Source: Squalus acanthias (lineage: Eukaryota). From it: DNA of 64,000 nucleotides. The DNA is taken from positions 61,258,001-61,322,000 of the forward strand of contig CM059432.1 in assembly GCA_030390025.1 (NCBI GenBank). Direction: 5' to 3'. The notes under the pieces are model-generated. The model saw only the letters and a list, made by a program, of their open reading frames with translations, did not search any database and was not told the DNA's origin. Numbering within the stretch: the stretch's first letter is position 1; every line of letters starts with the position of its first letter. The position numbers and the translations under genes were made by a program. Of this stretch, positions 33,864 through 46,478 are shown one piece after another.

Positions 33864-36251
33864 TTAATGCATTCCCTTAGTGCCGGTTTTATATGTACCT
33901 TTGCCTGTCCTAGTGCTCCTATGCAGTGCTACCCCCAGTGGCTGCAGTATGGCTGGTGGAAGGCTGCTGACTTTCAGTCGGGGAGACTGCAGATGGCCTT
34001 GCACAACAACCTCGAGCAGTTCTGGGCCTAGTAGGCCCAGCTTCGGATTGCACCACCTCAACATGGGTGGCAGCAGTCTGGCCTGGCTGTCTGACAGGCA
34101 AGGACACTGGCGGAGTGGCAGTGGTGGGAGCATGAATGCCATCATCCAGAGAGGGCAGCATGTTCATCCTCTATAGAGCCACTGCCACAGCCCCGGGGCA
34201 GCACCTCACCAATCCTAGTAATCTGTTGGGGGACAGATTGCTGAACTGCTGTGACACCCTGGAAGCCCCGTTCAACACTGCTAACCATAGCCATGATGGC
34301 AGCAGTCTGTGCTTGCGTGGCAACAAGCTGAGCTTGCATAACTTCAGTCTAAGCTTCCATTGCAGCACTCAGGCATTGGGTGACTTCTGCTTGTGCTGCA
34401 ATGGAAGCTGAGACATCGGCCATCAGATGCTGCATGATGGTTGGGGCCACAAGTGTGCTAATGGATCTGCCCACCCCTTCCATGCTAGAAAGGCTGGGCT
34501 CCAAGCTCTGCGCAAAGCCCTATGCAAGGTTGGAGCTGGACTCCTCAATGCTCCTTGACATGCATTCAGGCTTCCTCGCAGGCCTGCCAATGCACCAAGC
34601 ATTTTTTTGTGCATACCCATCAGCTTTATTCTGTCGGCCACCGCATCGAAGTCCTCATCTGAGTCCTCTGCAGCAGAACCAGTGTGCGACCTCGCCGTCC
34701 GGGGAGCTGGCACCTGCACTACCCTTTCCCCCCCCGCCCCGGCTGCAGCCCACTCGACCCCAGTGACTCACCGCGTGCAGATCCCGCCCCTAAGCTACCC
34801 TCAAGTCTGTACAGTGCCAGTATCTGAGCTGGTGGCTGCGAGTGTCAGATTGAGTGACTATGTCTCTTCATCATCACTCTCCTCTTCCACCAGGAAGAGG
34901 AGGAAGAGGACAAAACAGAAGAGGAAGAAGAGGAGGAGGAAGCAGAAGAGGAGGAAGCAATCCAGATAGCCCATTTCTGGCCGGGATATCCGGGATCAAA
35001 TCATCTGCCTGCAGTACCGGTGAACAAAACCCCAATTCCCCTTTCAACATTTGTCGCTCAACTTACCTTCCCATCACAGCATCCTCTTGGCCACAATGCT
35101 GAAATTAAAGCCACCACAAAGCAAACTTTCCAATCCAACTTTATCCATATATGCATCCAATATTACATCAAAAAATCAACTAATCACCCTTGTGCATTCC
35201 CTTAGTGAGTTTCTTGCGTGTGCCTTTGCCTATCCTAGTGCTCTTATGCAGTGCTACCCCAGTGGCTGCAGCATAGCTGGTGGAAGGCTGCTGACTTTCA
35301 GTGGGGAGACTGCAGATAACCTTGCAGGACAACCTCAAGGAGCTGGTGGGTGGGAGTGTGAAATCAAGTGACGGTGTTGTTTCTTCTTCTTCACTCTCCT
35401 CGCCCTCTTCTTGGTCAACCACTGGCTGGTCAGTTTGGATTTCTTGGGTCTCTGAAATGAGAAAGGCACAATGGTAGGGTTGTGGTAAGAGGAGGGGGGG
35501 TGGTGGGAGAAAGCAAGATGTGCATGCTTACACCATCTGCAGCTTCTAAGTCACAAGAGCTTGTGGCATGAGGGGGGGAAGTGGAATGTGAGAAGGAGGA
35601 TTAGGTATGAGCATACCATCATGGTCAATGGTTTCAGCGCCGCCACTGGCCACAGCCTCAGTCACAGCCACTCCAATTATGCTGAGCAGCTTCAGGATAT
35701 GGAGGCACGCCTGTCCCCCTCCAGTTAGCTGCCGCTGCCTACGGTTGTCTACCACCTTGTCCTGTAAGAGAGGGGGAAATGTGTCAGTGAGTGTGTTTGG
35801 CTGATGTGGCTGTCATGGTTGAATAGCTGGCACTGTGTGCAAGCTGTGAGATGTGGGTATGAGGCTTGCAGCAGTGGTAAGTGTGTGAGGGTGAGATGGA
35901 GCATATGAATGTGAGGTATGAGTCGTGATTGATAGAGATTGTTGGTAGGTGAGTAATGGGGGGTGTGGTGAATTGAGCAGTGTGTGAGGGTAGTGGTGCA
36001 GTTGGTGGGATATGGCATTTGAAGATGCATTCACTGACCTCGACCACTCATGAGATCATTGACCTTCTTCCGGCACTGCATCTAGGTCCTCGGGGCAACA
36101 CTTTTTGTATTGACCTCCATGGGTATCTGGTCCCACTGCCTTCACAGTGTCTGTAGGGCATCCAGGCCCCCTGTGAAAACAGGACCTCTCTCCTCCTCTC
36201 CAGCTCCTGTACTAAAACCTCCAGTGCTGCATTTGAGAAACTTGGAGCCAT
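33864..36251 (-). pseudogene. Harbinger Myb/SANT-like second gene, intron-containing, disrupted
   Basis: APSFSNAALEVLVQELERRREVLF, QCRKKVNDL then donor gtcagt; exon KVVDNRRQRQLTGGG..ETIDHD then gtatgc; coiled-coil-like last exon. Confidence 0.75.
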
Positions 36252-36659
36252 CTTTCTTGCCTGTTATGCCATTGTTGAATGTTTTCCAGTTGAAACTGCC
36301 TTCTGTAATGACTTCCAGCACCTGGTCTCGTCAAACTGCACCTCCCCTTTAAGAGGTGCAGGCTGGCTTTAAGAAGTGAAGGCTAGCTTTAATTGGTGCT
36401 AGTCTCGCACGAACTTGGAACCCTGCTGAGCGTGCAGCCACTCAGCAGCACATTTAGCGCTGGGCTGCATGCCTTTATAATTTAAAATAGCAGGCAGTAC
36501 CAAGTTTGCGTGCTGCCTGAATTATTCTGAACGGGCACGAGTTAATCGCGCACCGCGATCCCCACGTCCGTTTTCGGGGACTATCAAATTTTTATCCCTA
36601 TAGCTTTTAAGTCTTCAGCTCCTAAGGGAACCAGAATGGATTTTTATTAAGGTAATCAG

Positions 36660-37406
36660 ACTCCAAAATGCTGTGGTACAGAGGGATCTGGGGGTCCTCA
36701 TACATGAAACACAAAAAGTTAGCATGCAGGTACAGCAAGAAATTAGGAAGGCAAATGGAATGTTGGCCTTTATTGCAAGGGGGATGCAGTATAACGTAGG
36801 AAAATCTTGCTACAACTGTACAGGGCATTGGTGAGACCACACCTGGAGTACCAGTTTTGGTCTCCTTATTTAAGGAGGGATATACTTGCATTGGAGGCAG
36901 TTCAGAGAAGGTTCACTCAGTTGATTCCTGGGATGAAGGGTTTGCCTTTTGAGAAAAGGTTGAGCAGGTTGGGCCTATACTCATTGGAGTTTAGAAGAAC
37001 GAGAGGTGATCTCATTGAAACATACAAGATTCTGAGGGGGCTTGACAGGGTAAATGCTGAGAGAATGTTGCCCCTTGTGGGGGAATCTAGAACTAGTAAT
37101 CATAGTTTCAGAATAAGGGGTCACCCATTTAATGCGGAGATGAGGAGGAATTTCCACTCTCAGAGGGTCGTTAAATCTTTTGAAGTCTCTACCCCAGAGA
37201 GCTGTGGAGGCTGAGTCATTGAATATATTCAAGGCTGAGATAGACAGATTTTTGAACTATAGGGGAGTCAAGGGTTATGGGGAACAGGCAGAAAAGTGGA
37301 GTTGAGGCCAAGATCAGATCAACCATGATCTTATTGAATGGCAGAGCAGGCTCGAGGGGCCGAATGGCCTACTCCTGCTCCTATTTCTTATGTTCTTATG
37401 TTCTTA
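36660..37406 (+). mobile_element. CR1 3' fragment
   Basis: LQLYRALVRPHLEY..QRRFTQLIPG; (ttcttatg)n tail. Confidence 0.9.
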
Positions 37407-38929
37407 ATCAATACCCTCTGGGTGGTGGCAGGCAGGCAGAAATCTCACCATCTCTCCCCCACCCAACCAGTATTTCTTCCTCAATTTACATACGGTGGAA
37501 TCTTGGTAGATACAAGTTCCATCCCAAATTCTGGCTGGTCAAGATGATCCACCTGCCCTCTGTCCGGGTGCCAATTGGAATTTCAGGCCCATAGACTTTA
37601 GCCATGGCATTTTTAATGATATTTATCAATGTGTCCTAATTACAGTAAAAGTGCACTTTCCAACACTGACAACACTATCTGAAATATGAATCTAGATAAA
37701 AATCGCACGGTGCCAAAACGAGTGGAAATTGCTACAACTTCTCTGCAGGACTGCGTGTTTGCCTTTTAAGTAACCTCAACAAAATCCTGAGTCAATCTGC
37801 CCTAGTGTATGATCTCTACTTTTTGACTATACAGGTAAATATTTTCCATATAATCAGTTTGCCTACTGCTCAATGTGTTCCAATATTCCAGATAATGGAA
37901 GTAATGCAATTGCAAATATCTTTACTCAATTCATTTAGACCCGTTTAAAAAAAAAGCTTTTGAGAGTTTCCACCTTAAATTCCTGAAAATACATTAAAAC
38001 ACAGTTCTCCGTTTTATTCTTTGATATTTTTTTAATGAGCAGATTACTGTTGCAATGCTCTACAAATCTCTTCAAAGCATTTCAGTATATTAGTCATTAG
38101 AGGTAAATTCTTGCATATGCCAATCAGCCTCTGTGGTTTGGGATGAAACGTGACACAAAGAGAGTTAAACTCCACCAACATTGGAGATATTATAAATTCA
38201 ATCCTGGAACAATCTTTTTCATTCTTCACTGAATACTCTGTGAAAAGGTTACCTGCCAATCATAATGATACATACCTATTGAAGTATAGTTTCTAGCCTA
38301 GAGGGTGAAATGGGCGGTATGACCAATTATAACATTGCTCTTTTACCTCTGGGAACATGGTTTAGATCTGACAAATTTTCAGATGTAACAAGAGTCTCCT
38401 CTCAATAGTCATCCTTAACCCTAAATTGATTTGGCAATTTCATCTGTAAACAGGAGTCCACAGCAAATAAATGTCATCATATTTACTAACAATGGTAGTA
38501 ATGTGTTTAGCAACCTTAATTTGCAAGCGGTCAGAGGGCACGAGTCTGTTTAAAAGAGGAGCAGATGAGCATCCATTGGGAAAGAAGAAATAATGGGCTC
38601 CATCATAATAAAAACAAATCAAACACCAAGTTAATTTCTGTTGAAAATAATGGGTTCCAAGGCATTTACTGCATCTGCTAGAAAAAAGAACAAATGGTTA
38701 CAAAAGTGCAAAAAAAACAAATGGATGGTGCCAAGCATGACGGTAAACTTGAAAAATTGCAAATGGGGATTGGGAGGTGGGGGGCGGGAAATGGGGTGGC
38801 AGGAGAGGCTGGTGTTTGGAAAATTTTATGGGAAAAAATCCATTTGCACACTAAACTCATGTGCTGTACCCAATATCATATCTTCACCTAGGACAGACTG
38901 AAAAAAATGCAACCAAGCTTTGTATCTAT

Positions 38930-39066
38930 GGCTGGGAATTTCCTCAGAGCTACTTCCACTGTGCCACTAACTTCACCAGAAGTGCGGCATAAAAGCAGGG
39001 CTTCCACCACACTTCTGGCAAAACTTTGAGCACGGAGCGGGAGCAGCTCTAAGAAAATTCACGGCC
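38930..39066. mobile_element. 137-bp fold-back MITE (Harbinger-type termini)
   Basis: ggctgggaatttcctcagagcta / agctctaagaaaattcacggcc; inner ccagaagtgcgg/ccacacttctgg; TSD tat. Confidence 0.75.
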
Positions 39067-39958
39067 TATGCATCCATCTCATTTATCAGTGTAAAATGGC
39101 AGCTACTTTGAAGTATAATTTTTCCTCCCTGCTGCTTTGCACTGGAACTACAGATTACATAGAGTCGTGAGAAAATTCAACCCCTTCCCAGAGCCTCATG
39201 TAAAGTTTAGGATTGGAGACAGAAGGAGACTCACTTAAAAGATCAAGGACAGAGGCAGAGATGCACTTAAAAGAAGGAATATTTCCATTGAATTTCTGAG
39301 TCTTGCTTTGAAGAGTGCTTTAATGTTTGATGAGGTTGTTGATCCAGTGAAATTTAGCCCCTGTGGGCTGACACTTGGTTAATTAGATATTGGAACATTT
39401 ATTGTAACACTAATCTACCGACTGTAATAATTTTTGACGCATCTGGTACAAGGCACCTGGAATAAAAGAGGAAGGTCTTCAGTTTACAAGCAGAACTTAT
39501 TTCTTTCAATGTCTGATGTGCCAAATGTAACCTGAATTCCCTCTGCGTCCATTCATATGAGCATTTTGGCTGCCACTCAAGACCCACCCATTGGCCGGAA
39601 TTTTAATTTGGAGGCGGGTGGGGAGCAGGGAGGCTGGAAAACCTGGGAGAACGGGTTTCCGCAGGCCCAGCCGAATTTAACGGCAGGGCCTGATTAGCAT
39701 TTATAATCTCTGTTTCCCGCCCGCAGCCAGCCAGATGAAGAGGCTGGCTGGCTGTCAGGCGGGTAGGGCTGCGGCACCAGGCTGCAGAGAGGAGGGAGGG
39801 GAAATCAGGGACCGAAGGGGGAATCGGAGGCTGGGGGGAAGGCCGGAAGGTCATCAGGGATCAGAGAGACATCGGAAGGGTCAGGGGGGTATCCGATCGT
39901 GGGGGGTTGGCAAGGCACAAACACTGGATCCAGCAGGTAAGTGGATCCAACAGTCCTC

Positions 39959-42900
39959 AACATTGACTACGGACCCCATGAAGTCTCATGGCTTCAGGTC
40001 AAGCATCAGCAAGGAAACCTCCTGCTGACTACCACTCAACACCCTCCCTCAGCTGATGAATCAGTACTCCTCCATGCTGAACACCATGAGGGTAGCAAGG
40101 GCACAGAATGTACTCTGGGTGAGGGACTTCAGTGTCCATCACCAAGAGTGGCTCAGTAGCACCACTACTGACTGAGCTGGCCGAGTCCTGAAGGACATAG
40201 TTGCCAGACTGGGCCTACGGCAGGTGGTGAAAGAACAAACATGAGGAACAAACCTACTTGACCTCAGCCTCACAAATCTACCTGTTGCAGATGCATCTGT
40301 CCATGACAGTATTGGTAGCACTGACCACCGGACAGTCCTTGTGGAGACAAATCCCGTCTTCACACTGAGGACACCCTTCATCATGTTGTGTGGCACTACC
40401 ACCGTGCTAAATGGGATGGATTCAGAACAGATCTAGCAGCTCAAAACTGGGCATCCATGAGGCGCTGTCGGCCATCAGCAGCAGCAGCAAAATTGTATTC
40501 CACCACAATCTGTAACCTCATGGTCTGGCATGTCCGTTAATCTACCATTACCATCAAGCCAGGGGACCAACCTTGGTTCAATCAGGAGTGTAGAAGAGCA
40601 TGCCAGGAGCAGCACCAGGCGTACCTAAAAATGAGCTGCCAACCTGGGGAAGCTGCAACACAGGACTGCATGCATGCTAAACAGCAGAAGCAGCATGCTA
40701 TAGACAGAGCTAAGTGATCCCACAACCAACTGATCAGATCAAAGCTCTGCAGTCCTGCCACATCCAGTCGTGAACGGTGGACGACAATTAAACAACTAAC
40801 AAGAGGAGGAGGCTCCATGAACATCCCCATCCTCAATGATGATGGAGCCCAGCACGCGAGTGCAAAAGACAAGGCTGAAGCGTTTGCAACCATCTTCAGC
40901 CAGAAGTGCCGAGTGGATGATCCATCTCAGCCACCTCCTGAGGTTCCCGCCATCACAGAAGCCAGTCTTCAGCCAATTTGATTCACTCCACGTGATATCA
41001 AGAAACGGCTGAGCGCACTGGATAAAACAAAGGCTATGGGCCCCGACAACATCCCGGCTATCGTGCTGAAGACTTGTGCTCCAGAACTAGCCACACCTCT
41101 AGCCAAGCTGTTCCAGTACAGCTACAACACTGGCATCTACCCGACAATGTGGAAAACTGCCCAGGTTTGTCCTGTCCACAAAAAGCAGCACAAATCCAAT
41201 CCGGCCAATTACCGCCCCATTAGTCTACTCTCAATCATCAGCAAAGTGATGGAAGGTCATAGAGTCATAACGGTACAGAAGGAGGCCATTCGACCCATCG
41301 AGTCCGTGCCGGCTCTCTGTAGAGCAATCCAGTCAGTCCCATTCCCCCATTATATCCCCGTAGCCCTGCAAGTTTATTTCCCTCAAGTGCCTATCCAGTC
41401 TCCCCTTGAAAACATTGAATGTCTCTGCTTCCACCACTTCCGTCGGCAGCGAGTTCCAGGTCCTCACCACTCACTGCATAAAAAAGTTTTTCCTCACGCC
41501 CCCCCTGTATCCCTTGCCCAAAACCTTAAATCTGTGTCCCCTGGTCCTTGTACCATCAACTAGTGGGAACAGCCTTTCCCCGTCTAGCCTATCCAAACCA
41601 GTCATAATCTTGTACACCTCTATCAAATCACCCCTCAACCTCCTTTGCTCTAATGAAAACAAATCCAGCTTCTCCAATCTGCCCTTGTAGCCAAGATCCC
41701 CCATCCCTGGAACCATTCTGGTAAATCTCCTCTGCACCCTCTCAAGTGCCTTCACATCCTTCCTAAAGTGTGACAACCAGAACTGGACACAATACTCCAG
41801 TTGTGGCCTAACCAGCGCTTTATAAAGGTTCAGCATAACTTCTCTACTTTTGTACTCAATACCTCTATTTATGAAGCCCAAGATCCCATATGCTTTACTA
41901 ACCACTCAATATATCCTGCCACCTTCAGGGACCTATGCACATTAACTCCCAGGTCCCTCTGTCCCTGCACACTCTTTAAAACTGTGCCATTAAGTGTATA
42001 TTGCTTCTCCCTGTTCCTTCTGCCAAAATGCATCACCTCACACTTCTCTGTACTAAATTCCATCTGCTACTTGTCTGCCCATTCTGCTAGCCTTTCTATG
42101 TCCTGTTGCAGTCGACTGGTATCATCCTCACTGTTTGCCACACCCCCAAGTTTGGTGTCATCGGCAAATTTAGAATATCCAGGTCATTTATATATATCAC
42201 AAAAAGCAGTGACCCCAGCACTGACCCTTGGGGAACACCACTGTCTACCATCGTCCAGTCTGAAAAACAGCCATTTACCACAACTCGCTGTTTTCTGTCC
42301 TTAAGCCAATTCCTTATCCAAGCTGCCACTGACCCACCTATTCCATGAGCCTCAATTTGGTTAACCAGCCTTCTGTGTGGTACTTTGTCAACCGCCTTCC
42401 TAAAATCCATGTAGACAACATCCAATGCATTCCCTTCATCAATCCTCCCTGTTACTTCATCAAAAAATTCAATTAGATTAGTCAAACACGATCTGCCTTT
42501 TACAAATCCGTGTTGGCTCTCCTTAATTAGCTTAAACCTCTCCAACTGTCAGTTAATTTATTCCTTGATTATTGTTATAAAATTTTACCCATCGTTAAAC
42601 TGACCGGCCTGTAGTTACTAGGATTGTCCTTACACCCTTTCTTGAACAATGGTGTCACATTTGCCACTTTCTAATCCTCAGGCACCTTCCCCGCATCTAG
42701 GGAAGATTGGAAAATTATGGCAAGCCCTTCCGCTATCTCCTCCCTCAATTCCCTTAGCAACCTGGGATGCAAGCCATCTGGACCAGGCGACTTATCCACT
42801 CTAAGCATACCCAGCCTTTCTAGTACATCCTGTCTATCAATTTTCACCCCTTCCATTACTTCTACCTTTTCCACTTCTACCGATATTTTGTCAGCATCCA

Positions 42901-45900
42901 TCTCCTTAGTAAACACCGATACAAAGTACTCATTGAGTATTCTAGCCTTGCCCTGCGCCTCTAAGCATATATCACCTTCTTTGTCCCGAATAGGCCCCAT
43001 TCCGCCTCTTACTACCTGCTTACTGTTTACATGCCAGTAGAAGATGTTAACCGCCATTCTACTCTCATATTCTCTCTTTGCCAATCTTTTCATCTTCACT
43101 TCCCCTCTCAACTTATTGTATTTGGTCTGGTTCTCCCTTGAAGAATTCACCCGACATGCATCACACAGCCTCTTTTTTTGTTTCATCATCTTCTCCATCT
43201 CCCTCGTCATCCAAGGAGCCCTTGCTTTGGTTCCCTTACCCTTCCTTCTTGTTGGAATGTACCTAGCCTGTACTTGGAACATCTCCTTAAAGATCACCCA
43301 TTGTTCCGTTACAGTTTTTCCTGGTCAGTCTCTGGTTCCATTTTACCCTGGTTAGATCCTTTCGCATCCCATTGAAGTTAGCCCTATTCCAGTTTAGAAG
43401 TTCCACTCTAGATTGTTCCTTGCTCCTCTCCATTGCTAATAGAAATCTTATGATACGATGATCACTCATACCCAACTGTTCTCCCACAGACACTTGGTTG
43501 ACCTGGCCCACCTCATTCCTCAGCACCAGATCCAACAATGCCTTCTTCCTAGTTGGGCCAAGAACATACTGATCAAGGAAATTCTCCTGAACACATTTCA
43601 GAAATTCCTCCCCCTCCGTTCCCTTTACCCTAGCATTATCCCAATCAATATTTGGGTAATTAAAGTGCCCCAATATCACCACTCTATAGCTCTTGCATAT
43701 CTCTGCGATTTCCCTGCAGATTTGTTCCTCTACCTCCCTCTCACTATTTGGAGGCCTGTAGAATACCCCCAATAATGTGTTCATACCCTTTTTGCTCCTC
43801 AACTCTAACAAATGGATTCTGTCCTTGTCCCCTCAAGAACATCCTCCCTTTCCAACACTACAATGTCTTCCTTAATCAGCACTGCCACCCCACCTCCCGT
43901 TTTTCCTTCCCTATCTTTTCTGAACACCTTGTACCCTTGAATATTAAGTGCCCAGCCCTCACCGTTTTTAAGCCATGTTTCCGTAATTGCCACACGGCTA
44001 ATTGTGCTTGTAGCTCACCACACTTTGTGCTTTTACGTACATGCATTCATAACCCATTTTTGAATTTTTCATAGTCTTTCTTAGTCTGCTCCTGTCTAAT
44101 ATGGTACTACTTCCGCCTCTATACTACTTTCTTCTCTAGTACTATCCAACACACTCACTCTTTTATGCACCTTATTCCTCTTTTCTACTCCTATATGCTG
44201 GTGCCCATCCCCCTGCCAAGCTAGTTTAAACCCTCCCCAACAGCACTAGCAAACGTCCCCATGAGAATATTGGTCCCGGCTCTGTTGAGGTGTAACCCAC
44301 CTTCCCCAGAAACGGTCCCAATGCCTCAGGAATCTAAAGCCCACCCTCCTGCACCATCTCTCCAGCCATGCATTCATCTGTTCTATGCTCCTATTCCTGT
44401 ACTCACTAGCACAGGGCACCGGGAGTAAACCGGAGATTACTACCTTTGAGGTCCTGCTTTTTAATCCCTTTCCTAGCTCCCTATAGTCTGCCTGCAGGAC
44501 CTCATCCCTCTTTCTGCCTATATCATTGGTATCAATATGGACAACGACCTCTGGCTGTTCACCCTCCCCCCTCAGAGTGTCCTGCAGCTGCTCCGTGACA
44601 TCCTTGACCCTGGCACCAAGGAGGCAACATACCATCCTGGAGTCACGTCTGTGTCCACAGAATCGCCTGTCTGTTTCCCTAACCAATGAATCCCCTATCA
44701 CTATTGCTCTTCCACTCTTCTTCCTCCCCCCCTGTGCAGCTGAGCCACCCGTGGTGTCGTGGCCTTGGCTGCTCTCCCCAGAGGAGCCATCACCCCCACC
44801 AGCTTCCAGAACTGTGAACCGGTTAGCGAGCGAGATGCACTCTGGGGATTCCTGCCCTACCTGCCTGGTCCTCCTTCTCGGTCTGGTGGTCACCCATTCC
44901 CTCTCTGCCTGCACATTCTGAGGCTGCGGGGTGACCAAGTATTTCTCAGCCTCGCGGATGCACTATAGTGACTCCAGCTGCCGCTCAAGATCCGAAACCC
45001 AGAGCCCGAGTTGCTGCAGTAGGCGACACTTTCTGCACACGTGGTCGTCCAGGCCGCAAGAAGCGTCCAGGATTTCCCACATGGCACAGGATGTGCAAAT
45101 CACGGGACTGAGCTGCCCTGCAATGCCTCTATTTACCAGACTATGGAGGTAACGTCGACAGTGCTATCAAGAGGCACTTACTCACCAATAACCTGCTCAC
45201 CAATGCGCAGTTTGGTTTCCGCCAGGACTACTCTGCTCCAGACCTCATTACAGCCTTGTTCCAAACATGGACAAAAGAGCTGAATTCCAGAGGCGAGGTG
45301 AGAGTGACTGCCCTTGACATCAAGGCAGCATTTAACAGAGTGTGGCATCAAGGAGCCCTAGTAAAATTGAAGTCAATGGAAATCAAGGGGAAAACTCTCC
45401 ACTGGCTGGAGTCATACCTAGCACAAAGGAAGATGGTTGTGGTTGCTGGAGGTCAATCATCTCAGCCCCAGGATATCGCTGCAGGAGTTCCTCAGGGCAG
45501 TGTCCTAGGCCCAAACATCTTCAGCTGCTTCATCAATGACCTTCCCTCCATCATAAGGTCAGAAATGGGGCTGTTCACTGATGATTACAGAGTGTTCAGT
45601 TCCATTCGCAACTCCTCAGATAATGAAGCAGTAAATGCCTGCATGCAGCAAGCCCTGGATGGCATTCAGGCTTGGGCTGATAAGTGGCAAGTAACATTCA
45701 CGCCACACAAATGCCAGGTAATGGCTATCTCCAACAAGAGAGAGTCTAACCACCGCCCCTTGACATTCAACAGCATTACCATCGCCGAATCACCCACCAT
45801 CAACATCCAGGAGGGGGGTGTCACCATTGACCAGAAACTTAACTGGACTAGCCGCATAAATACTGTGGCTACAAGAGCAGGTCAGAGGCTGGATATTCTG

Positions 45901-46478
45901 CGGCGAGTCTCTTACGCCCGACTCCCCAAAGCCTTTCCACCATCTACAAGGCACAAATGAGGAGTGTGATGGAATACTCTCCACTTGCCTGGATGAGTGC
46001 AGCTCCAACAACACTCAAGAAGCTCGACACCATCCAGGACAAAGCAGCCCACTTGATTGGCACCCCATCCACCACCTTAAACATTCACTCCCTCCACCAC
46101 CGGCGTACCATGGCTGCAGTGTGTACCATCTACAAGATGCACTGCAGCAACTCACCAAGGCTTCTTCGGCAGCACGTCCCAAACCCACGACCTCTTCCAC
46201 CTAGAAGGACAAGGGCAGCAGGCGAATGGGAACGCCAGCACCTCCAAGTTCCCCTCCAAGTCACACACCATCCTGACTTGGAAATATATCGCCGTTCCTT
46301 TATAGTCGCTGGGTCAAAATCCTGGAACTCCCTACCTAACAGCACTGTGGGAGTACCTTCACCACACGGACTGCATCGGTCCAAGAAGGCGGCTCACCAC
46401 CTTCTCAAGGGCAATTAGGGATGGGCAATAAATTCTGGCCTTGCCAGCGACGCCCATATCCCAGGAATGAATAAAAAA
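39959..46478 (+). mobile_element. 5'-truncated LINE-B (endonuclease end + RT + tail) interrupted by a CR1
   Basis: MGPDNIPAIVLKTCAPELA, NYRPISLLSIISKVME | [18 protein letters not shown]; same tail as 10722-13725. Confidence 0.9.
41257..45142 (-). mobile_element. Near-full-length CR1 (ORF1 esterase + ORF2), inactivated
   Basis: Minus-strand [58 protein letters not shown]; tail at 41257. Confidence 0.92.

Larger units (their letters stand above)
32338..36598 (+). mobile_element. Defective two-gene Harbinger transposon, 4261 bp
   Basis: TIR gggctaaaaattt/aaatttttatccc, TSD tat (32335-32337, 36599-36601). Confidence 0.93.

Noticed and set aside
38044..38259. 71-aa minus-strand ORF as a host exon
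   Set aside because: No NOL4 similarity, non-ATG start and no convincing donor
39419..39456. Minus-strand micro-exon after acceptor cttcctcttttattccag
   Set aside because: Donor (gtagat) is weak and there is no other support
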